A stretch of DNA of 64,000 bases. Source: Paraphysomonas bandaiensis (lineage: Eukaryota > Protista > Chrysophyceae). A model generated the notes under the pieces. The model searched no databases and had not been told where the DNA came from. It saw nothing but the letters and a program-made list of their open reading frames with translations. The stretch is taken from assembly GCA_965644295.1 (NCBI GenBank), contig CBFFRP010000429.1, forward strand, positions 1 through 64,000. Direction: 5' to 3'. The position numbers and the translations under genes were made by a program. This document shows positions 51,288-63,017 of the stretch, piece by piece; the stretch's first letter is position 1; each line of letters opens with the position of its first letter.

Positions 51288-51297
51288 TGGTAGCAGA
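51288..51297 (+). promoter_or_regulatory. Primer-binding site complementary to the 3' end of initiator tRNA-Met
   Basis: TGGTAGCAGA is the complement of ...UCUGCUACCA and lies immediately after the LTR. Confidence 0.85.
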
Positions 51298-53488
51298 TGG
51301 TTACGATAACCAACCTTATTTATTTGTTTGTTCGCCTCCACATCACTGGTGGAATGACGGCATCAACATATGAAACAAGCCTGTCATCTGTACACAGACG
51401 AAATACACGATGTGCTTCCTTTGAACTCTGCTGTTTCTCGAAAACTCGAAAATCCGGGGGTTTTTGGAATCAATTTCCGGAAAATATGTACCTTTTTGTT
51501 CAAACTCGGAAAATCGTTTTTTTAAAGAGAATATTTCCGGAGAATATGCATTTTTTTTGGGCACTGAAAACAAATCGACAGTCTGTCTGTTCCTTGTTTG
51601 TGTTCCTGCAGTGTGTATTATATGACTTTAAGGAGATGACAGTGTATACACTAATGCACATGTCCATTCCAGCCAGTCTGATTTTGATGACTTGTCTCCA
51701 CCATGTGTGCTGATTTTGACACCTTGAGACGCTTTGTCCGGTGATACACCAGGAGTGGTTAGACTTCATGTTGATGGCTGTGAATATTCTTTCGATGACT
51801 ACTATTCGCCTTCTCAGGGAGTCAACCCTGCAGTAAGAGATCGCTTGTTATGAGCTATATGTTAGCCTCGCACAGCAGTTGTGTTTGAGAGCATGGATTC
51901 TCTTCTCTTTATTCAACGAGAGTAGTTATTTATCAAGAGTTCGACGATGGTGATTGCTTTATCTTATCCACAAGGGTTTCACTGTACACCAGCTTGTACT
52001 CCAATACGTGTTCCCAGAGGATGTTGCTCTGTTCATCAGCAGCATATATATATTATATATGGATTATTATCTTCGTCTGCTTCTTTCTCTGGTGATGTAT
52101 CAGATATAATGGTTATACACCATTTGTTGTTGCTCTGTTTGGCGTATCATGTATATCGGCTTACAGTAGAGCACTTCAATCAGGACTTATGTCTTTATAT
52201 TTATCTATCTGATGAATTATTGAGTGCTGATCTCTTCCGTCCAGTATATATTATGGTTGAGAGCAGTATCCCCTCCCAATATTGTGATATCTCAGGACAT
52301 GTATAGTTATATGGTTCTAGATACTACGGATGTTCAATTCATTCAGCATTCTTTTACCTTTCCAAGCACGGGAGCGGATTTATGATAAATCCGACGATGA
52401 ACTTAACCACGAGGATGATACCGACGGGAATGACCCCTCTAAACCTAGTTCCGAACCCGATGTTATTGTGCATGACGAGAAATCTGTTGGAGCAGCCAAC
52501 GAGCCAGCTACCTCAGAAATCGCGTTACAGCCGGCTTTCGATATGACCCCTCAGACTGAAGGTCGTTCCTTCAATACGACGGGAACATCATCGCAACAGC
52601 CCCAGGAAAGAGTATAGTTTATTGCCCCCTATTTATGGCAGGCATATCATATTTTAGCCCCTTATCATTATAAAAGGCAGGCATATATATCTCTTTTATT
52701 TCACTAGTATGGAATAGTGCTGGCTTTGTTCCACAGGTAGAACAGCCTCACAATCAGAGTTTTAACTCTGCTGCCCTACTATTATAGAGGCACTGATTAT
52801 CTTAATCTGCATTGCGCACTTTCATGCGATATATGCAATTATCAGTTCAGCGTTTGTATTTACCTGGCTCTATATAGTCCAGTGATTTAATATGTTTCAT
52901 CTGTTCTTTCATTGTTGTCATGTAGACATTCAACAGAAAACATTTCCATATTAAGCTGTTCATGATTTTCAAGCATTTCAAGGTGACAGGTATATAATAC
53001 TATATTGATTATAATCATTAAGATTCACTTGTTATGCATATTATCTATCTTATATTCTGATGTATCATACTTATGATATGAACATTAAATTATGATACTA
53101 TATTTTGTTTGTTTAACCATGTCAGGCAATATTACAAGCATATATAGTTGATTCAATTCTTCGTCTACTCCATATGAACCTCGTATGTTGTCATAGCGTG
53201 GATTGATTTGCTTTGAAGTTTGTGACTTCTTCAGAACTATAGTGGTTCTACGATACGATGACCGTTGTGTTCATAATATCAGTATATATATATATACATA
53301 TATTATATATACATATGTCATTACCTATATATTATATTAGTGGGAGTGTATGACTCGTAGATGGTATGCCCCATCTGGTCCTCTGCACACACTATATCTT
53401 ATAGTTATGGTATATATATTCTATTATTGGATACTTTCCCTTTTGTTTTCCCATGCATCCATTATACCATCATGGTTTTCTTTTCGGG

Positions 53489-53537
53489 TTTTCAGTATCT
53501 ATTCTATTTTCAGTATCTATTCTATTTTCAGTATCTA
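53489..53537. repeat. 18-bp tandem repeat, about 2.7 copies, inside the LTR element
   Basis: (TTTTCAGTATCTATTCTA)n. Confidence 0.9.
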
Positions 53538-53598
53538 GCTTATTAGTACCTAGTTTTCATGTTGTCCATTACATACGTACGCTTAGTTTTAGGGGGAG

Positions 53599-53783
53599 AG
53601 TTGAAGTGTAAACTTCGCTTCCGTAGTTTTCCTATCACATACGCACTACGTATTATGAATGAATGGATAGTATGTCACATGCATGCATATCCATTCATTG
53701 TCATCACACATTGACATGTTTACATCAGTTGTCCTTAATATATAATATACCTTTTCTCCTCTAAAGTACTTCATACTTTAACT
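53599..53783 (+). repeat. 3' LTR preceded by polypurine tract
   Basis: Same sequence as the 5' LTR; AGGGGGAG lies directly upstream. Confidence 0.95.
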
Positions 53784-53951
53784 TATGTATATTACATAGA
53801 ATACATTGCTCTAAACAAATATCGCAAACAGTTAGCACTACGCCATCTATACTCTTTGTTGTCCATCTACTATATCTAAGGTATTGAGCATATGCGATAT
53901 GTAAACAGTAGCACGCGTAAACATCGTCCCACACAGTGGTACATAATCAAA

Positions 53952-55478
53952 TCAAACTTGCAAGCATTTGACAAATTCATTGTATGCCAACTTGCCATCC
54001 TTGTTCGTATCAAACTCTCTAATGAGCAGATCCACCTGGTCCTCACCTACATGAAATATCTTACAATATACATAAGTGGAATCAACAATCATACTTGCAT
54101 CTATGTCCATAGTGTCTTTCAAAACGGCCTTCAGCTCATTTTTTTCAATAAAACCGGAACCATCTGTGTCAGCCTATGACAAAAATATGTCATACAACTC
54201 ATAGAAAAACTACTAACATACATTATGAAAAGCCTCTTTCATATTATAAAATGTATCGAACACTCTCTTATTAAACATTTTCTGCAACTCCTTCTCGCGG
54301 ATTCTTTTTTCCTACACAACATATGAGCAACTGGGAATAAAGAAAATATTTAATGTCCACCTTTGCGTCACTGTAATCACCCCACATTTGAGACGTTTCT
54401 GATACCACTGTTCCAACAGCTTTACCATCAGCCTCTTCAGGTGTGACTTGCTTGTCTGTATTTTGGTCCTTGTCATCTTTCATTATTACTCTAAACAAGT
54501 CATCTCCTTCTTCTTCGCCTGCTCGTATTCAGAACACCTTGTCATATACACAGGAAGAGAAACACCTGCTCCTGGAACGTATGTCAACTTCCCCGTCAGC
54601 ATACTAACAAACTCTAAGTATCCAATGCCGCGGTCGACCTCCCCCATGCCTTCCTTGTGAGGATACGTTTTATTTACCAGATCGAACTCATCATCACTGA
54701 GATCTAGTCCAAGAGTGCTCATAGTCTCTCTGAATTCTTCCCGACTATCAAGAAGAGCGAAGTAAGAATTATCACAAAGCTATTAATAAGTCACCTAATA
54801 TATCCAGACCAGTCTTTATCCATTCGAGCAAATGCAGCCTTAAGATTTGTTGTTTTCTGCAATATATGTGACAACAAACTCGTTATATTTTCCAAAAAGA
54901 AGCACCTCAAATATTTTCGACTTCACTTCGGAAAGTAGATGAACCATTCGATTTACCTAGCTTATCAATATGACATAGTTATATACAACTTCGAGCATAA
55001 TACTGACATCGTATGATTCTTGTTTGCTAAGAGTCGCTGAGACCGGAGGGGCAACAACACAATCTTCTTCGTCACCAAAGGCTGAATCTGTTGCGCTAAC
55101 ACATGTCTGAGATGGCTCTGTAGTAAAATTACATGTTAGAGACATGTAACATGAAATTGTTTCGATGTTAAACCTTTCGGTGACTCTTTTTTGTTGAGAT
55201 GTTTTGCAGTTTCTCTCTCTTCAATGTCGTCCAGCATATTGCAATCGACCTGATCAACTGTAAGCCTCAATCTTATGCAGATGTTATCGATATTCACCTG
55301 AGAAATCAAGTTTCGAAGTCTCTCAACTTCTTTCTTGGCAGTTTGCCAGTCGCCGTCAGGAATATCAGACGCATCACTATATGAATGACGTAACTATCGA
55401 TGGACAGTATGATACAGTGAATAACCTCGGTTTGAGTTGCTCCTGGATAATGTAATGTCGTCCAGCCGCCCCACCCAT
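53952..55478 (-). CDS. EF-hand calcium-binding protein with probable N-myristoylation, multi-exon
   Basis: Start MGGAAG. EF loops MDKDWSGYI..EEF, GIGYLEF, ADTDGSGFIEKNEL, FDTNKDGKLAYNEF. Confidence 0.8.
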
Positions 55479-55843
55479 ATATGCTTCTCAGTAAATGAAG
55501 CTCCGGTGATCTCGCTGCTGCTACTTAACACTCACGTAATCCACTCCACTGGAAAGACGGTTACAATGCACATGTATGTATATGTACTGGACATGTTTGT
55601 GGGTGGGAAAAGTCGACCAGGCAAAAAACTCCCATGTTTTTAGCTGTATACTGTTCTCAAACAACGAAAAAAGGGTGATTTTTTGCCTTGAAAACATATA
55701 AACTCCAATACTCATATCTGGATATCCAGATACAGCACAGTATATACCGGTATACAGTGGTATACAGTGGTTGGAGTGTTTCTGGGACGTGTCTTCAGGG
55801 TGCGGAAGATACGCATATTGAGGGGGTTCAGCCACACTGATCC

Positions 55844-55893
55844 TCACACACACTCTCACACTCACACTCACACTCACACTCACACTCACACTC
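55844..55893. repeat. (CACACT)n microsatellite just upstream of the ATG
   Basis: Hexamer run giving the HTHT stretch of the ORF track. Confidence 0.9.
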
Positions 55894-55898
55894 GACTA

Positions 55899-56822
55899 AT
55901 GAACGAGAGACTAACTCATGAGCAAAGCGCATCTGTTCGGTTCACAGGTTACAGCATAAAGTATTCAGGTAATGTGGTAACGAAGGCTCTGTACCTGCAC
56001 CGCTGTGTCTACGCCACCACACTCGGCCCTGAGATACTCGCCATACAGTGCCCGGACGACAAAGTCAAGTACTTGGAAGTTACTGAATACTTTGATTTCT
56101 TGATGCATCATGTGGGGTATTATGTGATGGTGGGTCTCTGTGTGGCTCATGGCAAGGACGGCTTTAACACTCTGGAGTCAGCAATTACGTGGGGTGCATT
56201 TCTATTTCTAACAGCTGTGTACTACATTCATGTGTATTATGTTCTCTTGGCTTTTGTTGGACCGTTAATGACTGCGAGTAAAGTCGGTCTTCACTTTCCG
56301 CTTAACAGCGATGAGAATATAGAAAACTCACACAATAAGTTTATAGAAATTACTGCTGAAGAACGCACCCGCTACCACTGTACAGATTCGCAGTCATTTT
56401 TGTTTGCATTTGCAGCTGGACAGCGTATGAAAATTGACCTTATGGTATACAATGACTTTTGGAAGTTTCTAAATCTAAACTTTGGCGCCTACATGAATGT
56501 CAATGTACATTTACTTGCTGCATTCGTGCTTGCAGTATCTCGTCCACAGCGTATGGCCACTTCAGTTGCAATTGCTTACGTCGTTTACTATATTCTTTTT
56601 TGGTGTACGAGGGCGCGCTGGAATAATGCTTGTTGTCAGTCATGCATGGGTGGCCTATTTAAGGCTTCGTGCTTGTGCTGTGGTTTCGTGTGTTGTCGGC
56701 GATCAGATGCTGATAGCGTTGTTATAAAAAAGCTTCGAAGTAACATTGATGCCGGTTTAACTCTACAACGAGCAAAGAAAGTTAACTTTATTGATTGGAA
56801 TTGTTTTGATGGGCGCATTTAG
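55899..56822 (+). CDS. Intronless multi-pass membrane protein of unknown function
   Basis: 307 aa from the first ATG; several hydrophobic segments; Cys cluster after the last TM. Confidence 0.65.
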   Translation: MNERLTHEQSASVRFTGYSIKYSGNVVTKALYLHRCVYATTLGPEILAIQCPDDKVKYLEVTEYFDFLMHHVGYYVMVGLCVAHGKDGFNTLESAITWGAFLFLTAVYYIHVYYVLLAFVGPLMTASKVGLHFPLNSDENIENSHNKFIEITAEERTRYHCTDSQSFLFAFAAGQRMKIDLMVYNDFWKFLNLNFGAYMNVNVHLLAAFVLAVSRPQRMATSVAIAYVVYYILFWCTRARWNNACCQSCMGGLFKASCLCCGFVCCRRSDADSVVIKKLRSNIDAGLTLQRAKKVNFIDWNCFDGRI

Positions 56823-57559
56823 TGTCTGTCAATGGAGAGTGGACGGAGAAGGTTATTGCACCAGTTACCTGTTATAATGCTACAATATGTACAACACTTG
56901 TTGAAAATATACTAGTTATATTGATAGTCATAAACTTGACTACTTTGGTTCGAACTACAGCATATTTAACTCACTTCAATAATGCGAATTTTGTTTTCCA
57001 ATTATTGCCATTTATACGCGACGATTTTGTACGATATGTCGATATGCTGCCTCGCTTATCCCTACTCCACATGCAATATAGAATGCAAATTTAGAACTCA
57101 ATAAAAAGTAGTATTTGTCACTAACTGTATCGGTTTATAGTTGTAACAACTAAAGTGAATCTTGTGGCATTGTTTATGGATATTCAATTGTTGTGAAACT
57201 CGAGTTATTCAATGGTCAGATCAGTTACACCAGTTGAATCAATTGCACAAGTGAATTCGTTTGCATTTGTATTTAATCTATTTTATGGTAAAGGTATGGG
57301 CTGCAATAATCACTAAATTTATGCAACTTGATGTTTTGAACACAGCCTAACGATATCTCAATAGAGCTTTTTTGATTCATAATTCATAGGAATTCAGGAT
57401 GAAGAAGTGAATCAGTAGTTATAAGTTTAAAAATCCCAGACACAGTGTTTGTAAAATGCTTTGGTTCATAGATAATTTTCATTGGAACACATAGTATATA
57501 TTATATTATCAGAAGACATAAGCGTGTGTTGATTTAGACGTTTAGACTTCAAGGTAGTC

Positions 57560-57660
57560 CAGTTCCCGGCAATTATAATGGCATTAATGAAAAATGTCCT
57601 GGCAATTATAATGGCATTATTACCATTAATGCCATTACCATTAACGATTACCAGGCCCTG
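57560..57660. mobile_element. Small MITE-like element or hAT-type terminus
   Basis: Imperfect inverted ends CAGTTCCCGGCAAT / CAGGGCCTGGTAAT (reverse complement). The interior consists of TAATGG/CCATTA repeats. Confidence 0.55.
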
Positions 57661-58027
57661 GTCCAATATAAATCCCAAGTATACGATGTACGAAAAACAC
57701 TATGTAGAAACTGAAATATCATGTCTCTATACACTGTACAAGGTGTTTTATATGAAATCTTATCAGAAGTGTTGTGATAGCTCTGAACCGAAGTCACAAC
57801 AGTGCTGATTTCAAATTCGTAATATTTTACTTATCCAGATTCATTCAAACAATTTAGCTGATTATAAGTAAGATCAGCTTGATCCAACAGTACACGACAT
57901 ATCATCGCATCTTGCATAATAGGATATGAAAAGTTTTTTGCATAAGAAATCCATAAAGCTCTACGTGTAATATATCAATTAGAGTCATTAATACCAAGCT
58001 ATCCACTAACACGTCTTTCAATGACAA

Positions 58028-61000
58028 TCAAACTATCCAGGCATTTCTAACTTTCGCCGCCAACTTCCGAACGGCGCGCTTGTTATCGTTGAGTACCACT
58101 GCTAGTCCTTTGATGACCATATCTCGCATGGGATGAAGGACACGATGAGGAAGGGCATGCAACTTCCAGAGGCATCGTAGTGCGAGGGCTCTCACAGCGG
58201 CAGAACCTGGAAGTGATGTATTTTCCTGTTGTGCAATCTGCGTATTTTGCGATCAAATATATGTTGCATACGCACAGCATAATATAAAACTAACTGTACC
58301 TGAAGAAGGAGCGGTACCAGGGAGTGTATATGGGAGAGAATAGGCTGAGACACACACTTCTCATCATTAATTGCCTCAACAGTGAGCGGGCCAGATAACG
58401 CGGGAAGTAAACATGCAAGAGCACGCTGCTTTAGGATAAATCCAGTCCTTCTATCGGCTAAAACGGTAGTGTGGCCATGACCAGACATGGCAGAGCTCAA
58501 CATCATTGCCTGAACAGAATATCGAGTAATATCGGCCAGGTCATTTTCTACAACCTGGGCTGGCATTTCGCTTGCCAGACAGCAAATGCACGACAGAAGC
58601 GGCAATTGGTGTCCGCTTAAACTGAGTCTCCTCGATAGCTCACTATACAGTCGACTCCAAAGCTTTTGCCTCCACAGAAGCGTACAATGTACTGTGGAGC
58701 GGGAGACCAATACGCAGAAGGGAGCAAATGATGATATTTTACCATCGATGCAAGGTAGCAGGTTCTCAGCACAGACAACGCTAAACTGCTCGGATGTAAA
58801 GATTGACAGCTCATCACGACCGATTGATGCATCCAACAACTCGCATAGAAGTGACAGAAATGCCGCCTGCCAATTATTGCCAACGAACTGAGGAATAGAA
58901 TGTGTCTGAAAAAGACTTTGCACCACATTCAAGGACGAAATTAATATATCCCCACGCATCACCAGGCCGCGTGTAACCCACACTACCAAATCGACACTGT
59001 ACTTCCACTCAGCCGAGTCTTTCAACAGGTTGGGCAAGGCAATTTCAAAAACGTTAAGCAAACGAGCCTCCAACGCAGGCCCAGGTTCAGCCTAATTCAC
59101 AAATCAATGATATTTCAAATATTCAGTACAAAGATCGCACATGATCAATTAGATAACCAGTATACGGGTATAAATGAGCACGACATTGTCTTCCCAACTA
59201 ACCTTGTTGATAAACATGGCATGTAGCCATATACAATCCTGTTTGAAAATGGTAGGTTCATCGAGTGAAAGTATGCTCTTTTGAGCAACCTCCAGTACAC
59301 TCACCCATGCAGTCGCTGATACTGAATCACTCAATTTCCATATCGTGTCAGACGCATGGACATAGACCACAGTAGACACTAAAAGGTGTATTACAGAGCG
59401 GTGCAAGTTTCTGTCGGTTTTGCTGGATGCTATCTTATTAGCACAGAGGTGTAGGACTTCACTCGCAGAAGATGTAGCCATCTTCCCGTCCATATTCAAC
59501 GCCCCCATTATTTTTCGAATTACAGCACAAACAAGGTCAACCACATCGACATTTGTCCTGTACACAATACAACAATCGACACAAGATGTTAATGCAATAC
59601 ATGGACTGATCACATATTTTATACGTGGTAATGGTATCAAGTACGTACCGTTTATGTAGGCTACCATCGAATGCCGTTTCCGCTAAAACTATTATTGCAT
59701 CTCGCCCATTATATCCAGAATAATCAACAAACCATTGAGCAATTAACTGTGCTGATCTGTTAGTTGACAGATCGCCGGATTTTTCATCAACATCGCTCGA
59801 CAAAACAGATGACAGTGCTTCCAATGCGGCAACATGTTTGGTACCCATCATATCATCTGCACTTGGAACGACGTATCCCATGAGAGCATTCATTAGTGTA
59901 TGTGTGCCAGAGTACACTGTCCCATCTTCACAATCAAATGCACCTTTCACCAAGCTCCCTATAGTCAAAAACAGAGAGCGACAGTCCTACACGCATACGT
60001 ACACCATAACAATCGGCATGATAAGAAATTAACACACTCATTGCTCCTACCTCTAGTCCCTGTACACTTTCACTACTGCTAATCAATACATCAGAACAGT
60101 TTTCTTTATAGACTGCATCCAGACATCCTAATCCACATGACGCGAGCCCGCTGAGAAATTTCACAGAGGCGTGCCAAGCTCCATCACTATTAAAAATGGA
60201 TATCACTAACACTTCAAAATAATAAGACAGCAGCAAACAACTCTCTTACGAAACCTACGATAGAGGATACATAGCATATAGAGCAAATTACTAAAGCGTA
60301 TACCAGCAATATACAGACGCTGAATTCAACGCATTGGCTGTGACTTGTCTGACAGCACCAGAGCATTCGACCAAAAGAGCAGCATCAATCCTATGTAGAC
60401 TAGACGTTAGTGTTTATAAAAATATAAAGAAAACGTAGTTTGGCTTTCAGTGTCGTATATTCTAGCATATTATTGAACTTCACCTCATGGATAGCTCCTT
60501 AAGACACGAGAGTAATTCAACATATACTGCTGCACCAGACTTCACTTGAATATTCCACATCGAATCAGTGTCATTAGTGCTACTAGCACTGTCAGAGCAT
60601 CGAAGTTGACAACGTGATACAATATGTTCACACAAGGTCTTCCACAATAGCTCTGCGTGGGTATTACCAGAAAGGGGCGAGGCAGAGGGTGACACCGCGT
60701 AATCCACCACTGGGGTGCATCCGATAAGGGAGGTTAACAACGACAAGGAATTGGCAATGGCTACGAAATGGGGGTGTGGGTGTGAAAACATGTCAATACA
60801 AGGAGGCACTATAACAGGCAACAGCACAGTGTGAACAGCCTGTGCACACGCGAATGATGACGACCCAATGATGCACCTACCAGCAACAAACACAAATTTA
60901 AATTTACAAAGTCTGATGAAACTACACTCACATGACATCGACGGCTCGTTTGGTATTTGCAGAGTCCAGTGAACGTTCATCCTTTTGTATTGCTTCACAC

Positions 61001-62325
61001 GCTCGCTGAATTACGGGAACCGCAAAGAGCTGCCAATTCTCTGTACTAGTAGCCACACTCCGGCACAAAGTTTGCATCAGCCGCTTACTAGTAGAATGTA
61101 GCTCTCTTTCTACAGAATCAAGAGCCGCAGGAGAATTCGTGCATATCATATCGAATAGGTGATCTCCAAGTTCACCGAGAAGATTGTGCACAGCTGGAGC
61201 TATGCCATGTTGCAGACATATATCCTCTATCATCATGACGGCATGAAGGCGGGACACACTCTCTGTTGGATTTACAATTTGGTCAAGTAGATAGGGTGCT
61301 GTGTGCTGGATTACGCTCTCGTGTTTGGTTAATGCTTGACCTGCGTAGCACAGTCACAAGCGACTACCAACAAAGGTTGAACCATAACATACACAACTAT
61401 TTTCATAAGATGAACTAAATCCAAGCATCTAAAACACGCCACAGAAAGTAAAACAAACTCCAAAATATCTTACTTAAAGCTGATACAAGCATCTCCGAAG
61501 TTATATTGAAGGGGTCATCAGGAGGTGGCTGGAAAGTTATGGGAAAGTAGCATGAAAGAGAGTCGAATATACGCTCCGCTATGGACTGTGCTTGAGTTGA
61601 ATGCGTACAGGAGATATTCGAACTTGATATTTCTTCATGAAATACTTCACACATGATCGATACGGCTTCAAAACACTGAAGAAGGCATCGAGGATCTTTT
61701 TCGCCAAAGACCGCTGAAATGATATTGATAACGGTTTTCGTACATATATCAGGCCCATGAAGCCGAGATGCCGTGAGGACACTTTTTACATCAGAGCACC
61801 CGCGCAAATACTCCAATATCGTTTTCAATAAATCGAACACACGAAACCGCATTGTTTGCGGAAGAGATTGGACCTACGAATGAAATTATTATCGGGCACA
61901 TAGCTACATCGGGCACATACATCGAGCTCTTTGAAAAGACAAACTAATATATCAGGAATGTCGCAGTACTTGTGCTGAAAATGCTGTGACTGATTAGCAA
62001 TCAGTGCCTTTAATGCAATCAGAGATGGCACAACTGAAGGATAGTCCGCTAAACGACTGTTGAAGAACACACAAAAATGATGAATGTGTGAAGCTGTCAG
62101 TGGTTTCAGTTGACTTTGAAGCAGATGAGCTACAAGTAAACTAGCCCGATTCCTTTCTTTATCCTTCACTGCGGTGAGAGAGGACTCCAACTCAACAATT
62201 AGAAGCATAAGCTTATCTGCTTCCTGATTCGTGTATTCGAGAACTTCCTGCAGTGCTGTTGAGTGTTTCTTGTCATCTCCAGAAGGGTCCACAAAACGAC
62301 GAATGGCATCAGATATTTCCATCAT
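58028..62325 (-). CDS. MMS19: MMS19/MET18 cytosolic Fe-S assembly component, multi-exon
   Basis: GEKDPRCLLQCF, IFDSLSCYFPITFQPPPDDPFNIT, VWVTRGLVMRG, C-terminal LNDNKRAVRKLAAKVRNAW*. Confidence 0.93.
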
Positions 62326-63017
62326 TACTTCCTCTAGTATTGACTAACAGGCTAATGAAATGGACGTAATGAGTGCAGCTGTGTTACCATATATATATAT
62401 ATACATACATAGGAGCGGAGAATACCAATACATGGTGCTGTATGGCACTGCCTGATTGGTGCTCTAGTTTTTTTCTTTCACTTCTTTGTACACTTCAGGG
62501 TTGTGTATGTACAGAAGGTCTGGAGCCTACAGCGATACGGTATTTTTGTTGTGATGTACTCCTGCATGTCGTAGCAAGAGCAGTATATATAGTGGGGCAG
62601 CGCTGCGTACTGTTCAACTGTGGTATACAGCAGTATAGCAAGGATTGGCGCAGAACATACACAACAAATACTGGATCTACAGAGTACATACCCTACGTAC
62701 GTCTCCAATTCACAGTCTTACCTTTGACATCACCAGCAGCAAGTCGTCTATGCAGTGTGGATTGATTCAAAAAACAACCGCTTTTTTATGCATAAATTCA
62801 AATTTCTTTCTTGTGTAGATTTCTGCACCCGCCCTGCACAGTGCTGTATGTATGTGATGTACAGTACTGTATGGCGACCTCCATATACACACCTCTGCAT
62901 CCAGCTTTGGAATCACCATATATATCTCTCGCTTGTGACTATACCACACCGCAGAGATTTAAAGAAGTAGGTTAATAGGTAGTAGTCGGTAGATTGCAGC
63001 TGTCTCTGTTGTCTCTT

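Larger units (their letters stand above)
51103..53783 (+). mobile_element. Non-autonomous LTR retroelement (TRIM/LARD-like)
   Basis: 185-bp direct repeats at 51103-51287 and 53599-53783, identical by eye. TATGT TSD at 51098-51102 and 53784-53788. PBS TGGTAGCAGA at 51288. PPT AGGGGGAG at 53591-53598. No pol ORF. Confidence 0.95.

Noticed and set aside
8336-62325. Non-canonical introns, alternative genetic code or selenocysteine recoding
   Set aside because: Junctions I traced were GT-AG and apparent in-frame stops fell within introns; not every junction was checked.
36775-62325. ERCC1 and MMS19 as a DNA-repair gene cluster
   Set aside because: More than 20 kb apart with unrelated genes between; no evidence of functional clustering.
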